Shown: positions 1 to 10,384, counted from the first letter of the stretch. The stretch is 64,000 nucleotides of DNA from a virus (IMGVR_UViG_3300020577_014401:45993-109992), one strand, 5' to 3'. A program made the numbers and translations. The notes: generated from the sequence alone by a model not told the origin.

Positions 1-2
1 CC

Positions 3-1367
3 ACTACGACCACTACTAGAGGATGCCCTGTCATCCCGGTCTGGACGACCCCTCCGTATGACCCGAACAACCCATGCGCCGGCTATTGTTACTGGAGATC
101 GGACGGGGCTGGTGGGTGGCTCTTATCCAGTGGTTGCCCGAGTTGTGACTGCGCTCAACCTCCGGCGGCCTCGTCTTCGTCATGCGCTATTGCACAAACT
201 CCGTGTGGGGTCCCGACGACAACGACCACGACCATTCCACCACCCACAACAACTACGACTACACCGAATCCTTGCGGTACATCGCAATGCGTCTGGACGT
301 GTTACGGCCCGTCTTCGACCTGGAATCTCAATTCCAATCCGTGCAACACCGGGTGCGGATGCGTCTACCCGACTGCGACGTGCGGCAGCGAACAACACGG
401 CGCCGGCATCGGCACCGCCTGCATCATCGACGGCACGACGACGACGACAACCGCCCCGGCCGTGAACTGCAACTGTGTCTACGATCCGGCCGCTCCGGAT
501 TATGTCGCTCAGAAACCGTGCTCGGCCGGTCTCCCGGCCGCCGGCGTAAACGTCGCAGTCAGTGTGATTTCGAGTCTTCTTCCGAGATGTCGTTTGTTGT
601 CGACAGGGTGGAATTGCCCGACGAAAAGCGGCAATTGCACTTATGTCGGGACCGGCAACGACGACATCAACAACATTCACCTCGACGCCACGGTCATCCG
701 CGGCATCGATGGTGGAGGCAACGCCGTCACTCTGGTTTACATCTACGACGCCTCCGACGGCTCGTCTTTGACCTACCGGATGGCGTCTCCTCCACCGATC
801 GATTGTTGCACTACCGACAGCGTTCCCAACTTCGAACAAGTCGGGTTCTCCGAGTGCGGAGGGTTGACAGGCACCAATGCCGATCTGACGCCGCTCTCGT
901 CACCGTGCGAGTGTTCGACAACCACCACGACGACGGTCCTCCCGTCGACAACCACGACGACAACCTTGCCTCCGGGCACGTTGCAGTATTACTGCATCGA
1001 CGAGACGCAGTGTTCGATGATCAGCTGCACGTCCTGCACCGGAGCTACAACTCGTAGTTGCCAAGGTTGGTACTCGACACCGCCGACCTGCTCTGACACT
1101 GGCGCGACTTCAGTCCACAGAGTCATCGTCGCCGGCCCGTTCGCCAGCACTCTCGCATGCGGAGAATCCTGCAGCGGAACTCCGACGACCACGACAGCCG
1201 GGTCGGCCTACAAGTGCTACAGCTGCCCGCCGGAAGGAGGCGGTATCGGCATCGGTACCTGCATCCTCGACGGAGATCCGGTGCCCAGCGGATGCCTCGG
1301 ACCTCTTAGCTCGTGGTCGTCGTTTGCAGCATGTTCGGCCGGTTGCGTCGGAGGAATTACTCCGTAG
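3..1367 (+). CDS. Cys-rich modular protein with poly-Thr linkers (5'-partial; mucin-like, probable virion surface/fibre protein)
   Basis: The frame of ORF 462..1367 is open from the window edge (TTTTTRGCPVIPVWTTPPYDPNNPCAGYCYW...PTTTTTTIPPPTTTTTTPNPCG...). Cys-rich blocks alternate with T5-T7 runs. Confidence 0.75.
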   Translation, partial: TTTTTRGCPVIPVWTTPPYDPNNPCAGYCYWRSDGAGGWLLSSGCPSCDCAQPPAASSSSCAIAQTPCGVPTTTTTTIPPPTTTTTTPNPCGTSQCVWTCYGPSSTWNLNSNPCNTGCGCVYPTATCGSEQHGAGIGTACIIDGTTTTTTAPAVNCNCVYDPAAPDYVAQKPCSAGLPAAGVNVAVSVISSLLPRCRLLSTGWNCPTKSGNCTYVGTGNDDINNIHLDATVIRGIDGGGNAVTLVYIYDASDGSSLTYRMASPPPIDCCTTDSVPNFEQVGFSECGGLTGTNADLTPLSSPCECSTTTTTTVLPSTTTTTTLPPGTLQYYCIDETQCSMISCTSCTGATTRSCQGWYSTPPTCSDTGATSVHRVIVAGPFASTLACGESCSGTPTTTTAGSAYKCYSCPPEGGGIGIGTCILDGDPVPSGCLGPLSSWSSFAACSAGCVGGITP

Positions 1368-1407
1368 AACCACTCGTAGCCGCAATTCGTGCAACAGGAA
1401 CTTCACC

Positions 1408-2928
1408 ATGGCTGTGCTGACAATCGGGATGGCGTGCTATCGGAGCTACGAGTCGGTCTACTTCACGTGTCTCTCGCTCCGGGTGCTCCACGGTTGGTCG
1501 TTCGAACTGGTCGTCATCGACAACGCCCCGGAGTCGTGCCAGCGAACCAAGGCGATTGTTCACAGCTGCGGCGGCCGCTATTACCATCGCCCGGATTTGA
1601 ACGGAACGACCAGGCCGCGAAACGCCTGCTTCCAGTACGCCAACACCCCGTGGGTCATGGTCATCGACGACCATGTCATTCTCGACAACGGGGCCGTGGC
1701 CGCCGCGATCGATTACGCCGATCGCAACCCGCTTTCTAAGGACATCATTTCCGGTCCGATTCTGGGAGACGACGGACGCTGGGTGGCCACCCACTGGCAA
1801 TCCGATCTGCCCCACAACCTGTGGGGGGTGTGGGGCTGCACCGGCGATTTCCAGGACCGTTGGGGGAAACAGAACGAATCGACCTGGAACAGAGCGTCGG
1901 CCAGAGCCGCGGTCGATCGGATGGAGCCGTTCGAAATCCCGTCGATGGGACTCGGGCTGTGGATGATGCGGAAGGCCGCGTGGCCCGAGTTCAATCCGCA
2001 CTTCCGAAAGTTCGGCGGCGAAGAAGGTTACATCCACGAGAAAGTTCGTCGTCTCGGCGGCAAGGCGATCTGCCACCCCAAGATCCGATGGCATCACAAG
2101 TTCCGCGATCCGTCGAAGCCCGGTGAAATCCCGTATCCGTTGGATCTGGAAAACCACGTTCGCAATCTGCTGCTCGGGGGGCAGGAACTCGGAATCGATC
2201 ACATCGAGGATGTTTGGGAGCACTACGGCAAGCGGCTGAACGGTGGGCGACGATCGTTCGACTCGATCGTCGCCAATGTCAAATCCATCCAGCCGTTCGG
2301 GCAACTGTACGCTCGGAAAAGACTGAACATTTTGGGTGTCTGGTACACCAACAACGCAGCCCCTGAGCATGTTCTTCGGTCGTCGCTCATGACGGTCCGG
2401 CAGGCCCGCAGCGAATCGTTTCACGATGTGGTGATCGGGACCAGCAGCTGGGCGCCGATCGCCGACAACACGTTTCCAAACGCGATCGCCTCCCAGGCGA
2501 CGAAACGAAAGCCGGGCCACGCGACGATCATCAACCAGATTCGCGAAGCCTGGGAAGTCGGCCAAAAGTCGAGGAAGAATTGGACCCCGGACGTCATCTG
2601 CTTCCTCGAGCATGACGTGCTGTACCCGCCCGGCTATTTCGATCGGGTCGGGGACATGTTCTTGTTGAAGCCGTCCGCCGAGGTTGTCAATCACACCGAT
2701 TACATTGGGCTGAACCAGACCGGCTGGTTGCGGATCGCCAACATGGATACCCCGCTTCACCAGTTGTCGATGCGACCCAAGAAGGCTCTCGACAATCTGG
2801 TTCGGGCGGAAGTGGATTGCGACCGGCAGGGATGGGCGTATCTTGAACCGGATCACGGCGCAGACAGGTCCGCCTGGGCCGTTTACCCGATCGACGGATT
2901 TTCCCCCAGCGTCCACATCAACTGGTAA
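1408..2928 (+). CDS. GT2-family (GT-A fold) glycosyltransferase, two GT-A-like domains
   Basis: LTIGMACY, ELVVIDN, WVMVIDDHV (DxD-like), FGGEEGYIHEK; second domain FLEHDVLYPPGYF. ATG at 1408 with CAGGAA upstream. Confidence 0.8.
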   Translation: MAVLTIGMACYRSYESVYFTCLSLRVLHGWSFELVVIDNAPESCQRTKAIVHSCGGRYYHRPDLNGTTRPRNACFQYANTPWVMVIDDHVILDNGAVAAAIDYADRNPLSKDIISGPILGDDGRWVATHWQSDLPHNLWGVWGCTGDFQDRWGKQNESTWNRASARAAVDRMEPFEIPSMGLGLWMMRKAAWPEFNPHFRKFGGEEGYIHEKVRRLGGKAICHPKIRWHHKFRDPSKPGEIPYPLDLENHVRNLLLGGQELGIDHIEDVWEHYGKRLNGGRRSFDSIVANVKSIQPFGQLYARKRLNILGVWYTNNAAPEHVLRSSLMTVRQARSESFHDVVIGTSSWAPIADNTFPNAIASQATKRKPGHATIINQIREAWEVGQKSRKNWTPDVICFLEHDVLYPPGYFDRVGDMFLLKPSAEVVNHTDYIGLNQTGWLRIANMDTPLHQLSMRPKKALDNLVRAEVDCDRQGWAYLEPDHGADRSAWAVYPIDGFSPSVHINW

Positions 2929-2948
2929 ATCACAACAGGAACCATTCA

Positions 2949-4826
2949 ATGACCAGGTTTACGAATCACGGCGATTTCGTTTTCGAGCAGTCCAGCACAC
3001 TTGGCCAAAATCATCCGTTTTGGGGACCGCACTCCAAATGGTGGCCCGGTCAAGTCGAGACACCCAAGCAGAAGGAGACGGACATGGCATGCGGGGGGTG
3101 CAATCAGCCCAATCGAGTCGCCAACACCGGTCCTGTCGACATCAAGGAATGGTACAAGTCGGAGAAGAACGCCCCTCCGGATTTCCACGCGCACATGGAT
3201 ACGCTCAAGGAGCTGTGCGCCTCGATCAAGCACGCCACGGAGATGTCGATCTGGCCCAAGCAGGCCTACTTGGCGATCGCGGCCGGCATGCCGGATGACG
3301 GGGTGCTGATCAGCGTGTCGCTCGGCGGCAAACCGTGGTGGCCGAAAATGGCGGCATCGCTCGGCGCCAGGTTCAAGATGACCCCGCAGAATTCCCTGAC
3401 GGCGGACATCGAGCCGACCGAGTTATTGTTCATCGACTCCGAACACACCGCACAACGGACGTACGACGAGCTGACCCGGCACGCCGGCAAAGTGTCCAAG
3501 TACATCGTCATCCATACGGTGGCCCGCGACACGTTCGGAGAACGCGGCGACGACGGCGGCCCCGGCGTCATGGCCGGAGTCCGGCAGTGGCTCCGCGAAG
3601 GAGCCTCCCGCGAGTGGGTGGTGAAGCGATTCGACGAGCACAACCACGGATTGGTTGTTCTCAGCCGCGATCCCGAAGACCATCCGAAGATCAAGTTCGG
3701 GGCCCGTTCCGCCCTTCGGTTCGTCCGATCGAAGATCAAGCACAAGCTGAACGGGTCCACGTACCTGCCGTTGCCGATGGCGCAGGAACGGTTGGACATC
3801 TGCCTCACTTGCGACAGCCGCGGAGGCCAGGAGGGCAACAACTGCAAGATCTGCAAATGCTTCCTCGCCGAGATCCCCGATTACGCCCCGGTCAACCATG
3901 GGCAGCCCGGCAAGGCGTTCATCCCGACCGAAGGGTGCCCGATCGGCAAATGGCACGACCGTCCGAACGACGGAGTGTCGATGACCGGCGAAGAGGTCGA
4001 GGCCATGCTCGAAACTCTCCGTGCCGAATCGGAGAAGCACCACGCCGAGGCCCCGGCCGCGGAGGAAAGCAGTCCTGTCGCGGTCGAGGTCGCCCATGTT
4101 GCCGCAGAAACTCCCAAGCAGGTCGACAAGACGTACCCGCTGGACCGGGTGTTCTCGATGTCGGGCGACTTGGGCGACATCATTTGCGCCCTTCCCGTGA
4201 TCCGGACTCTCGGCGGCGGGAAGCTCGTGCTGTACCCGTCCAACCGGACGACCGTTCGCATGACGATGGACCGGGCCGCGGTGATCGCCCCGCTGCTCGT
4301 GACTCAGCCGTACATCTCGACGGTGCAATTCGCCGACAACCCCGAAGGCATCGATCTGGATTCGTGGAGAAACAGAATCAAGCCCGGGACTCTCCAGACG
4401 GCGCTCGATGCGATCTCCGAGACATTCCTGCACGGAGCCAGGTTGTCGCACGAAGTGACTTGGCTCAAAGTCCCGCCCGAGAGAAGAGCGGCGGTCGTCT
4501 TCCATCGCACGCTCAAGGACAATCAGTCGATGGACTGGAAGCGGTTGCTCAAGGAGCACCCCGATTCCGTGTTTGTCGGACTCAAGCAGGAGCACGAAGC
4601 GTTCGAATCGGACATCGGTCCGATTCCATACGTCGAAACGACTGACTTGCTGAAGATGGCCGCTGTCATCTCCGGAGCCGACCGTGTCATCTGCAACCAG
4701 TCTGTCGGCCTGATCATCGCTTACGGGCTCGGTAAACCGGTGATCTGCGAGACCAACCGCAAGGGCATGAACTGCGCCTGGAACCGCAAGGACTGCGAAT
4801 TCCGCCCCGACCCCAGACTGACGTGA
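2949..4826 (+). CDS. Fusion: class I SAM methyltransferase (Methyltransf_24-like) + Cys-rich DUF6171-like domain + GT9-like glycosyltransferase
   Basis: LLFIDSEHT...ELTRHAGKVSKYIVIHT; RLDICLTC..CKICKCFL..CPIGKW; SGDLGDIICALPVIR and AAVISGADRVICNQS. Confidence 0.7.
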   Translation: MTRFTNHGDFVFEQSSTLGQNHPFWGPHSKWWPGQVETPKQKETDMACGGCNQPNRVANTGPVDIKEWYKSEKNAPPDFHAHMDTLKELCASIKHATEMSIWPKQAYLAIAAGMPDDGVLISVSLGGKPWWPKMAASLGARFKMTPQNSLTADIEPTELLFIDSEHTAQRTYDELTRHAGKVSKYIVIHTVARDTFGERGDDGGPGVMAGVRQWLREGASREWVVKRFDEHNHGLVVLSRDPEDHPKIKFGARSALRFVRSKIKHKLNGSTYLPLPMAQERLDICLTCDSRGGQEGNNCKICKCFLAEIPDYAPVNHGQPGKAFIPTEGCPIGKWHDRPNDGVSMTGEEVEAMLETLRAESEKHHAEAPAAEESSPVAVEVAHVAAETPKQVDKTYPLDRVFSMSGDLGDIICALPVIRTLGGGKLVLYPSNRTTVRMTMDRAAVIAPLLVTQPYISTVQFADNPEGIDLDSWRNRIKPGTLQTALDAISETFLHGARLSHEVTWLKVPPERRAAVVFHRTLKDNQSMDWKRLLKEHPDSVFVGLKQEHEAFESDIGPIPYVETTDLLKMAAVISGADRVICNQSVGLIIAYGLGKPVICETNRKGMNCAWNRKDCEFRPDPRLT

Positions 4827-4828
4827 GC

Positions 4829-5743
4829 ATGGAATACAAACTCGTCGTGAGACGCAAAGGAGTCGGAGACACAGTGGCGATCTCGCCCTTGGTGCGGGAT
4901 CTTCACCGTTTCAGACCGGATATCCGGATATCCGTCGAAGGCACGTTGGCTTCGGAAATTTTCAAACACGACCCGAGAGTCTCGACCTGGTCCGGAAACG
5001 GACGGGAAGTTGTGATCGACTACAAGCCGACTCACGATCGGGCTCGGTTCGACAAATCCGCCAGGTACCTGCTCGCCGGACTGGAAGACTTTAACCTCCA
5101 GACCGGCCTCAGTGTCCCGGCCGGCGATCCTAGACCCGAGCTCGTCCTGCTCGACGAGGAACGACCGGAACCGTCGGCCTATCCTTACATCGTCCTGGCT
5201 TCCGGTGTGAAACTGGACATGCCGCTGAAGCGGTACCCGCATAACCGTTGGGCCGAACTGGTGAGGCTCGGTTCGGCTCTGGGTTGGAAATTCCGACAGG
5301 TCGGCCAAATCCACGACGGCAGGTTGCCGCATATCCAGGAAGCGATTCCTGGCGCCGACAACCTTCTCGGCAAGACATCGATCAGGCAGTTGTTCCGCGT
5401 GATCTCCGGGGCGGCCGCCGTGGTCTGCCACGTCTCGCTGCCGATGTTGATCGCGTCGGCCTTCCGTGTCCCGTGCATCGTTCTCGGGGGCGGGCGGGAG
5501 AACCCTTGGCTGTTCGCCGACATGGGAGTCGACTATCTTCACACCATCGGCGAGCTCGGGTGTTGTCAGCTGCACGGCTGCCATGCTTGTTTCGCCAAAC
5601 CGGCCCACGACGGAGCCTATCCTCCCGGCAGTCTTTGCGCCGATCCGGTGGAATGCGAGAACGGGTCCGCGGTCGGGCGGTGCATGACGCTCATTGAGCC
5701 GTCCGAGATCGTCGATCGTCTGAGCGTACTCGTCCGACCCTAA
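4829..5743 (+). CDS. GT9-family (ADP-heptose heptosyltransferase-like) glycosyltransferase
   Basis: GVGDTVAISPLVRDL, KRYPHNRW, LLGKTSIRQLFRVISGA, C-terminal Cys cluster ending CMTLIEP. Alternative GTG start at 4823. Confidence 0.8.
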   Translation: MEYKLVVRRKGVGDTVAISPLVRDLHRFRPDIRISVEGTLASEIFKHDPRVSTWSGNGREVVIDYKPTHDRARFDKSARYLLAGLEDFNLQTGLSVPAGDPRPELVLLDEERPEPSAYPYIVLASGVKLDMPLKRYPHNRWAELVRLGSALGWKFRQVGQIHDGRLPHIQEAIPGADNLLGKTSIRQLFRVISGAAAVVCHVSLPMLIASAFRVPCIVLGGGRENPWLFADMGVDYLHTIGELGCCQLHGCHACFAKPAHDGAYPPGSLCADPVECENGSAVGRCMTLIEPSEIVDRLSVLVRP

Positions 5744-5794
5744 AATCTCACCTTATGCACGGCATTATTACTTGCGGACGAATACGTCGTCCGC
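5741..5794 (+). promoter_or_regulatory. Promoter-like motif TAAA-N16-GGCATTAT followed by an 8-bp hairpin
   Basis: Same spacing and architecture at 42849, 58723 and 63650. Confidence 0.5.
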
Positions 5795-5834
5795 GAAGGG
5801 GCCGCCTTCTTGTTAGCGGTCAGGAGCACGATCG

Positions 5835-7091
5835 TTGAGCACACCGATTCAAGATCTGATGGACGACGTCGAAGCGTGCATGGACGTCGGCAGTGTGGCG
5901 TACATCCTCGGCCCGCCCGGCTGCGGCAAGACCGCGGCCATCTCCGCCTTGGCCAAGAAGCGCGGCGGGTTCTTCGCCGCCATCGTCGGATCGATTTCCG
6001 ACCCGACCGACATCTCCGGGTTTCCCGTGGTCACGCAGGCCGAGCACTCCGATTCGGCCGGGCGAAAGACGCCGTCCCTGAAGTTCGCCCCGAGAGACTT
6101 GCTGGTCCGTCTCAATGATGAGGGTGGCGTCCTGTTCCTCGATGAACTGACATCCTGCCCACCGGCGACCCAGGCCTCGCTGCTCACCGGCATCTGCGAT
6201 TGGCGATTCGGCGATTTCCAGCTGGACCGTCACAGGGTGGCGATCGTCGCCGCCGGCAACCCGGCCGATATCGCGGCCAACGGTCAAGAGCTGGCCGACC
6301 CCATGAACAACCGGCTCGAGCATTTCGAGTTCCCGGTCGATTCCTCGGCGATCTACGAGTGGTGCTCGCAGTTCCCGGGCTATTGGGGCGACCCGCCGAA
6401 GGTGGGGTTCATCAGCCGGCACGGCGAACGGTTCATTTCGCCGGAATACCTGCTCCGGGCCCGATCGGCCGTCGCCGGGTACATCCGCAAGAACACGAAG
6501 GCGTGGTTGGACGAGCGATTCGACAAGAATTCCTCATCCAAGGATTCGTCGAAGGACCGAGTCAGCCCGGCGTGGCCGAGCCCGCGGTCTTGGGGTCGAG
6601 TCGCCAACCATCTGGCGAAGGCGCTCGACCAGAAGAAGTCGCCGCTCTCGGCCATGCGGCGAATCACGGCCGCCATCGGTCACGCGCAGGCCGTTCAGTT
6701 CCAAACGTATCTGCGGGAAGTCGACCTGCCGGATCCCGAGATGCTGCTGGCGAATCCGGACAAGTACAAGCCGACCGGCCGACTCGACATCGATTTCGCG
6801 ACAACAATGTCGGTCATCGCCGCTCTCGAGTCGAACGTCACCGGTGACCGCTACGTGGCTTCCTGGAAAATCTGCCGGACGGCTGTCGAGGACAAGGGCG
6901 AAGCCGGGCCGGCGTACGAGGCCGGAATGGCGGCGGCGATCCGCTTGTCGAAGTTCCTGAAGCGGCAAACCGTCGAAGGGAAGAAGCTGTACGAATCGGG
7001 CAGCGACCTGAACAAGGTCATCCTCGATTCGCATAAGCTGTCCAAGCCGTTCCTGAAGCTGATCAAGGAAGCCGCCGGGGAGCTCTCATGA
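5835..7091 (+). CDS. MoxR-like AAA+ ATPase
   Basis: Walker A GPPGCGKT, Walker B LFLDEL, AAGNP, NNRLEH, WPSPRSW. AGGAG RBS before the TTG start. Confidence 0.85.
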   Translation: MSTPIQDLMDDVEACMDVGSVAYILGPPGCGKTAAISALAKKRGGFFAAIVGSISDPTDISGFPVVTQAEHSDSAGRKTPSLKFAPRDLLVRLNDEGGVLFLDELTSCPPATQASLLTGICDWRFGDFQLDRHRVAIVAAGNPADIAANGQELADPMNNRLEHFEFPVDSSAIYEWCSQFPGYWGDPPKVGFISRHGERFISPEYLLRARSAVAGYIRKNTKAWLDERFDKNSSSKDSSKDRVSPAWPSPRSWGRVANHLAKALDQKKSPLSAMRRITAAIGHAQAVQFQTYLREVDLPDPEMLLANPDKYKPTGRLDIDFATTMSVIAALESNVTGDRYVASWKICRTAVEDKGEAGPAYEAGMAAAIRLSKFLKRQTVEGKKLYESGSDLNKVILDSHKLSKPFLKLIKEAAGELS

Positions 7092-8488
7092 GTTCGGAAA
7101 AACAGTCGTCCTCGGCCGAGCCCGCGGACTGGGAGGTTTCTGACAAGGCCAAGGAGATTTTCAGCCTGGCCCGCACCGCCATTCCGCTTTACTGGCCGTT
7201 CTTGACCGCGGCGGCTTATCGGTTGGTGCCCCGCTGGACTCCACTCGTGCCGACGATGGCGGTCGACAAGTGGTGGAGGCTCTACCTCAATCCGAAGTTC
7301 GTGGAGACGAAAACGCCGCCCGCCCTCGCCTTGCTGATTGTCGGTCATGAGCTGCAGCATCTCCTTATGCAGCACCATTCCCGGTTGATGGAGTACCGCG
7401 ACCGTTCGCTGATCATCAACGGGGTGGAGCACGATTTCGCCAACATCTGCAACGATCTGGCCATCAACTCGTCGCTGAAGCAATTCGCAGCGACGGGGAT
7501 CGCCTATCGGACCCAGGTGTCGGCGAAGCCGGCCGGCAAGCTGGAGGCGCCTGTCGAAGCGATGTACCCGGAGAACTTCGTCGACAAGCAAGGCAACAAG
7601 TTTCCGAACGGATTGATCTCGGAGCGGTACGCCGAGCTTTTCGAGAAGAACGCCCAAGCGAAACCGAAAAGTGGAAAAGCGGGCGGTACCGGCAAACCGT
7701 GTTCCGGCCAGTGTGGTTCGGGCGGCGGTCAACAGGCCGGCGACTGGGAAGACAAGGGGGACGCCGACCCGGACAAGCCCACCACGGGTGTGACGAAAGA
7801 AGAGGCGGATGTGCTCGCCAGGCACACGGCCGAAGCGGCACGGGAGCAGGCGCAGAAGCACCGCGGCACCGTGCCGGGCAACATGGAATTGTGGGCTGAA
7901 GTCCAGCTCAGCCCCCCGAAGATCGATTGGCGGAAGCAGTTGGCCCCCATCGTTCGGAAGGGGTTGAACTGGGCGGCCGGCCGGACCAACTACTCGTTCT
8001 CTCGACCGAATCGGAGAGCGATCGCTTCCATGTCGAAGGTCGTCCTCCCCGGCATGTATTCGCCGAAGCCGAAGTTCGTTGTCGCCCTCGACACCAGCGG
8101 GTCGATGGGAAGGAAGGATTACGCAATCGCGTTCTCGGAGTTGAAGTCCGTACTGGCGACTTGCGGGATCCCCAAGATCCCGTTCTTCTCCGTCGACGCC
8201 CAGGCGTATGACATCCAGATGATTTCCAAGTTGGAGGACATCAAGCTCACCGGCGGCGGCGGGACGGACATGGGGCTGGCCGTCAAAGTCGCCTCCGAGA
8301 TCCCCGGCATCAGTCTGATCATCGTGCTGACCGACGGGGTCACCGATTGGTGCCCGCCGCCCCCGAACGACATCCGTGTCATCATCGTTCTCACACAGAA
8401 GGAGACGGAGAGCTACCCCGCCCCGTCGTGGGCGACAGTGATGGAAGCATTCGACGAAAAGAGAAAACCCGACCATGATGACGATTGA
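7088..8488 (+). CDS. DUF2201-type putative metallopeptidase + VWA domain protein
   Basis: TMAVD, HELQH (HExxH), NDLAIN, MIDAS DTSGSM, GGGGTD, VLTDG. Coupled to the AAA gene by an ATGA overlap. Confidence 0.85.
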   Translation: MSSEKQSSSAEPADWEVSDKAKEIFSLARTAIPLYWPFLTAAAYRLVPRWTPLVPTMAVDKWWRLYLNPKFVETKTPPALALLIVGHELQHLLMQHHSRLMEYRDRSLIINGVEHDFANICNDLAINSSLKQFAATGIAYRTQVSAKPAGKLEAPVEAMYPENFVDKQGNKFPNGLISERYAELFEKNAQAKPKSGKAGGTGKPCSGQCGSGGGQQAGDWEDKGDADPDKPTTGVTKEEADVLARHTAEAAREQAQKHRGTVPGNMELWAEVQLSPPKIDWRKQLAPIVRKGLNWAAGRTNYSFSRPNRRAIASMSKVVLPGMYSPKPKFVVALDTSGSMGRKDYAIAFSELKSVLATCGIPKIPFFSVDAQAYDIQMISKLEDIKLTGGGGTDMGLAVKVASEIPGISLIIVLTDGVTDWCPPPPNDIRVIIVLTQKETESYPAPSWATVMEAFDEKRKPDHDDD

Positions 8489-8530
8489 AGCGGCTCGCAA
8501 AATTCAGTCGTCGTGGGTATCATCAACTCC

Positions 8531-8803
8531 ATGTCAGTTTTGACTCTGGACCGGAATTCCATCCGGACGTATGCCGCCAGGAGGAACGTGCAAGTCGCGT
8601 TCCCGTTCCTGGCGGCATACGCCAAAGTCCAATCTCCGGGGTGTTGCGGCGGCTCGTCGCCGCCGATCAACGGAACCCCGGCCTTGCGGCAAATCGCTTC
8701 CCTGCCGAAAGATCGGCAGGAGGAGCTGAAACGGCTGCTCGGGGTCTCGACGATCCGGCTTCGGATCGTCGAAGCCGGCCGATCGAAGTCAGTCGAAATC
8801 TGA
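8531..8803 (+). CDS. Small hypothetical protein (GCCGG motif)
   Basis: Protein-like ORF that fills the gap between neighbouring genes. Confidence 0.55.
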   Translation: MSVLTLDRNSIRTYAARRNVQVAFPFLAAYAKVQSPGCCGGSSPPINGTPALRQIASLPKDRQEELKRLLGVSTIRLRIVEAGRSKSVEI

Positions 8804-8826
8804 ACTGGAGAGAGGATTTCCGCATC

Positions 8827-9207
8827 ATGGAGAAGAACTACCAGATCGATCCCAAACGGATCTACGGTATGTCCGACAACCAGGTCGACCCGGATGCTCC
8901 GGGCAGCATCTGGGTGCCGGTGGTCAGCGCCGACCGGGAGGAGTGCGACAGCCCGGATGCCAAGATCTATGTCACCCGTTACGTTTCCTCGAAGAAGAAC
9001 GGCGGTCAGGGCTGCAGCATCGATCGCACTGTCGGCCCTGAACCCGACGCCGGGCAAAGCGCGCCGACCGGGCCGGCCGGCATGGGCCGGGTGATCAGCG
9101 CCGACGAGTACCGGGCCCAGATCGCTCGGGTCAAGTTCAAGCAATCCGCCGGCGAAGCCCAGCGGTTTGTGGCCTTCCACCGGGTGCGTCTTGCCGACTT
9201 CATCTGA
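8827..9207 (+). CDS. Hypothetical protein
   Basis: ATG preceded by GAGAGGA; protein-like composition. Confidence 0.6.
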   Translation: MEKNYQIDPKRIYGMSDNQVDPDAPGSIWVPVVSADREECDSPDAKIYVTRYVSSKKNGGQGCSIDRTVGPEPDAGQSAPTGPAGMGRVISADEYRAQIARVKFKQSAGEAQRFVAFHRVRLADFI

Positions 9208-9703
9208 ACCAGTCGGGGCGCTCGACGAGATCTTCGTCGGGTGCGCCTCCGGGGTCGTGACCGGGGCCGTTCGAAAGCAATTCGAATCGGCCCTTGTCCG
9301 CAAGGAAGATGGACTCGCCAAGACCGCGGCGGCCGTCTGGATCACGGACTTCCTGCTGAAGGAACTCCCGGACAAGGCCGCTGGAATTTGGTTGATGGCC
9401 GGCGGTGGTTTGATTCAGGAGCCATCCGAGAAGCTGGTGGGCCGACTATTCGACAGCCGGGTCGACGATCCGTCACCGATCCTGTCGATCTCCAGCGGGC
9501 GCTACGTGGCAATCACGGGATTGCCGTTTCTGTTCGATTTGTCCGAAGGATGCAAGTTGTCCGGACCGAAATCGGACGTGTTCGAGACGCGGGTGTTCAA
9601 CCTGCGCATTCTGATCAGAAGCTGCCTTGAAAGGGTCAAGAAATGGACGAGCTCGCAGGCCGGGTCTGGGGAGACCCGGAAAGTCCGGCCGTCTGCCTCT
9701 TAG
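9191..9703 (+). CDS. Hypothetical protein (start uncertain)
   Basis: Fills the operon gap; plausible codon usage. Confidence 0.5.
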   Translation: MPTSSEPVGALDEIFVGCASGVVTGAVRKQFESALVRKEDGLAKTAAAVWITDFLLKELPDKAAGIWLMAGGGLIQEPSEKLVGRLFDSRVDDPSPILSISSGRYVAITGLPFLFDLSEGCKLSGPKSDVFETRVFNLRILIRSCLERVKKWTSSQAGSGETRKVRPSAS

Positions 9704-10350
9704 CTCTCGCCATCGACCGACATTGGGAAACCGACGGCCAGGGTCGACTGCTCTGCATGAACTGGCTGCCGCAGACCTGGCACCAAGAAATCGTCCAAGA
9801 CACCGGCTCCGAACCGCACCCGCGATGCCTCGACCGGCTCGGTGCGGCTCTGGCTTTGTGCAACAACCCGGACGAGTATTACCACTCCGTGCCGGGGTTT
9901 CGGGACATCTGTTCCGGCCTGGCGTCGGATTGGTTCGACTCCCGAGTCGATCAGCACCTGACGACCGACGAGTTGCTGCGCGGGCTGGTCGAAGCGCACA
10001 TGATCCATCCTCCGCACGAGACGGAGAAGTTCTCCCCGCAGGTCGTTCGCTACGTCAACATGGTGGCCCGTCACGACGGTTTCTCGAAACTGCCTGAACC
10101 GATCAAATCGTTCGGAATCCCCGCCGACCCCGGTGTCGACTGGGGTAGTGATCTGTCCGGCGACGAGGAACTCTTCGACCTGGCCGCCGGTGCGGAGGAA
10201 GACCGCCAGCAAGACCTGATCGATTCGCTGAGTTCGTTCCTGCTCGACCTGGCCGACCGGCTCGGCAGGCTGCCTTTGAAACACATCAAGAACGCCAAAT
10301 CCGTGGCGGATGACATCCTCAAGAGGGTGCCACGAATTCCGGCCGAATAG
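9643..10350 (+). CDS. Hypothetical acidic protein
   Basis: 235-aa ORF in the operon with plausible codon usage. Confidence 0.6.
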   Translation: MDELAGRVWGDPESPAVCLLALAIDRHWETDGQGRLLCMNWLPQTWHQEIVQDTGSEPHPRCLDRLGAALALCNNPDEYYHSVPGFRDICSGLASDWFDSRVDQHLTTDELLRGLVEAHMIHPPHETEKFSPQVVRYVNMVARHDGFSKLPEPIKSFGIPADPGVDWGSDLSGDEELFDLAAGAEEDRQQDLIDSLSSFLLDLADRLGRLPLKHIKNAKSVADDILKRVPRIPAE

Positions 10351-10384
10351 CCGGATATCGCCGCGGGGAAAGGATTTCAATCCA

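Noticed and set aside
58-1057. ORFs 58..465 and 182..1057
   Set aside because: Alternative frames of the Thr/Cys-rich gene; their Arg/His/Asp runs are off-frame readings of Thr codons.
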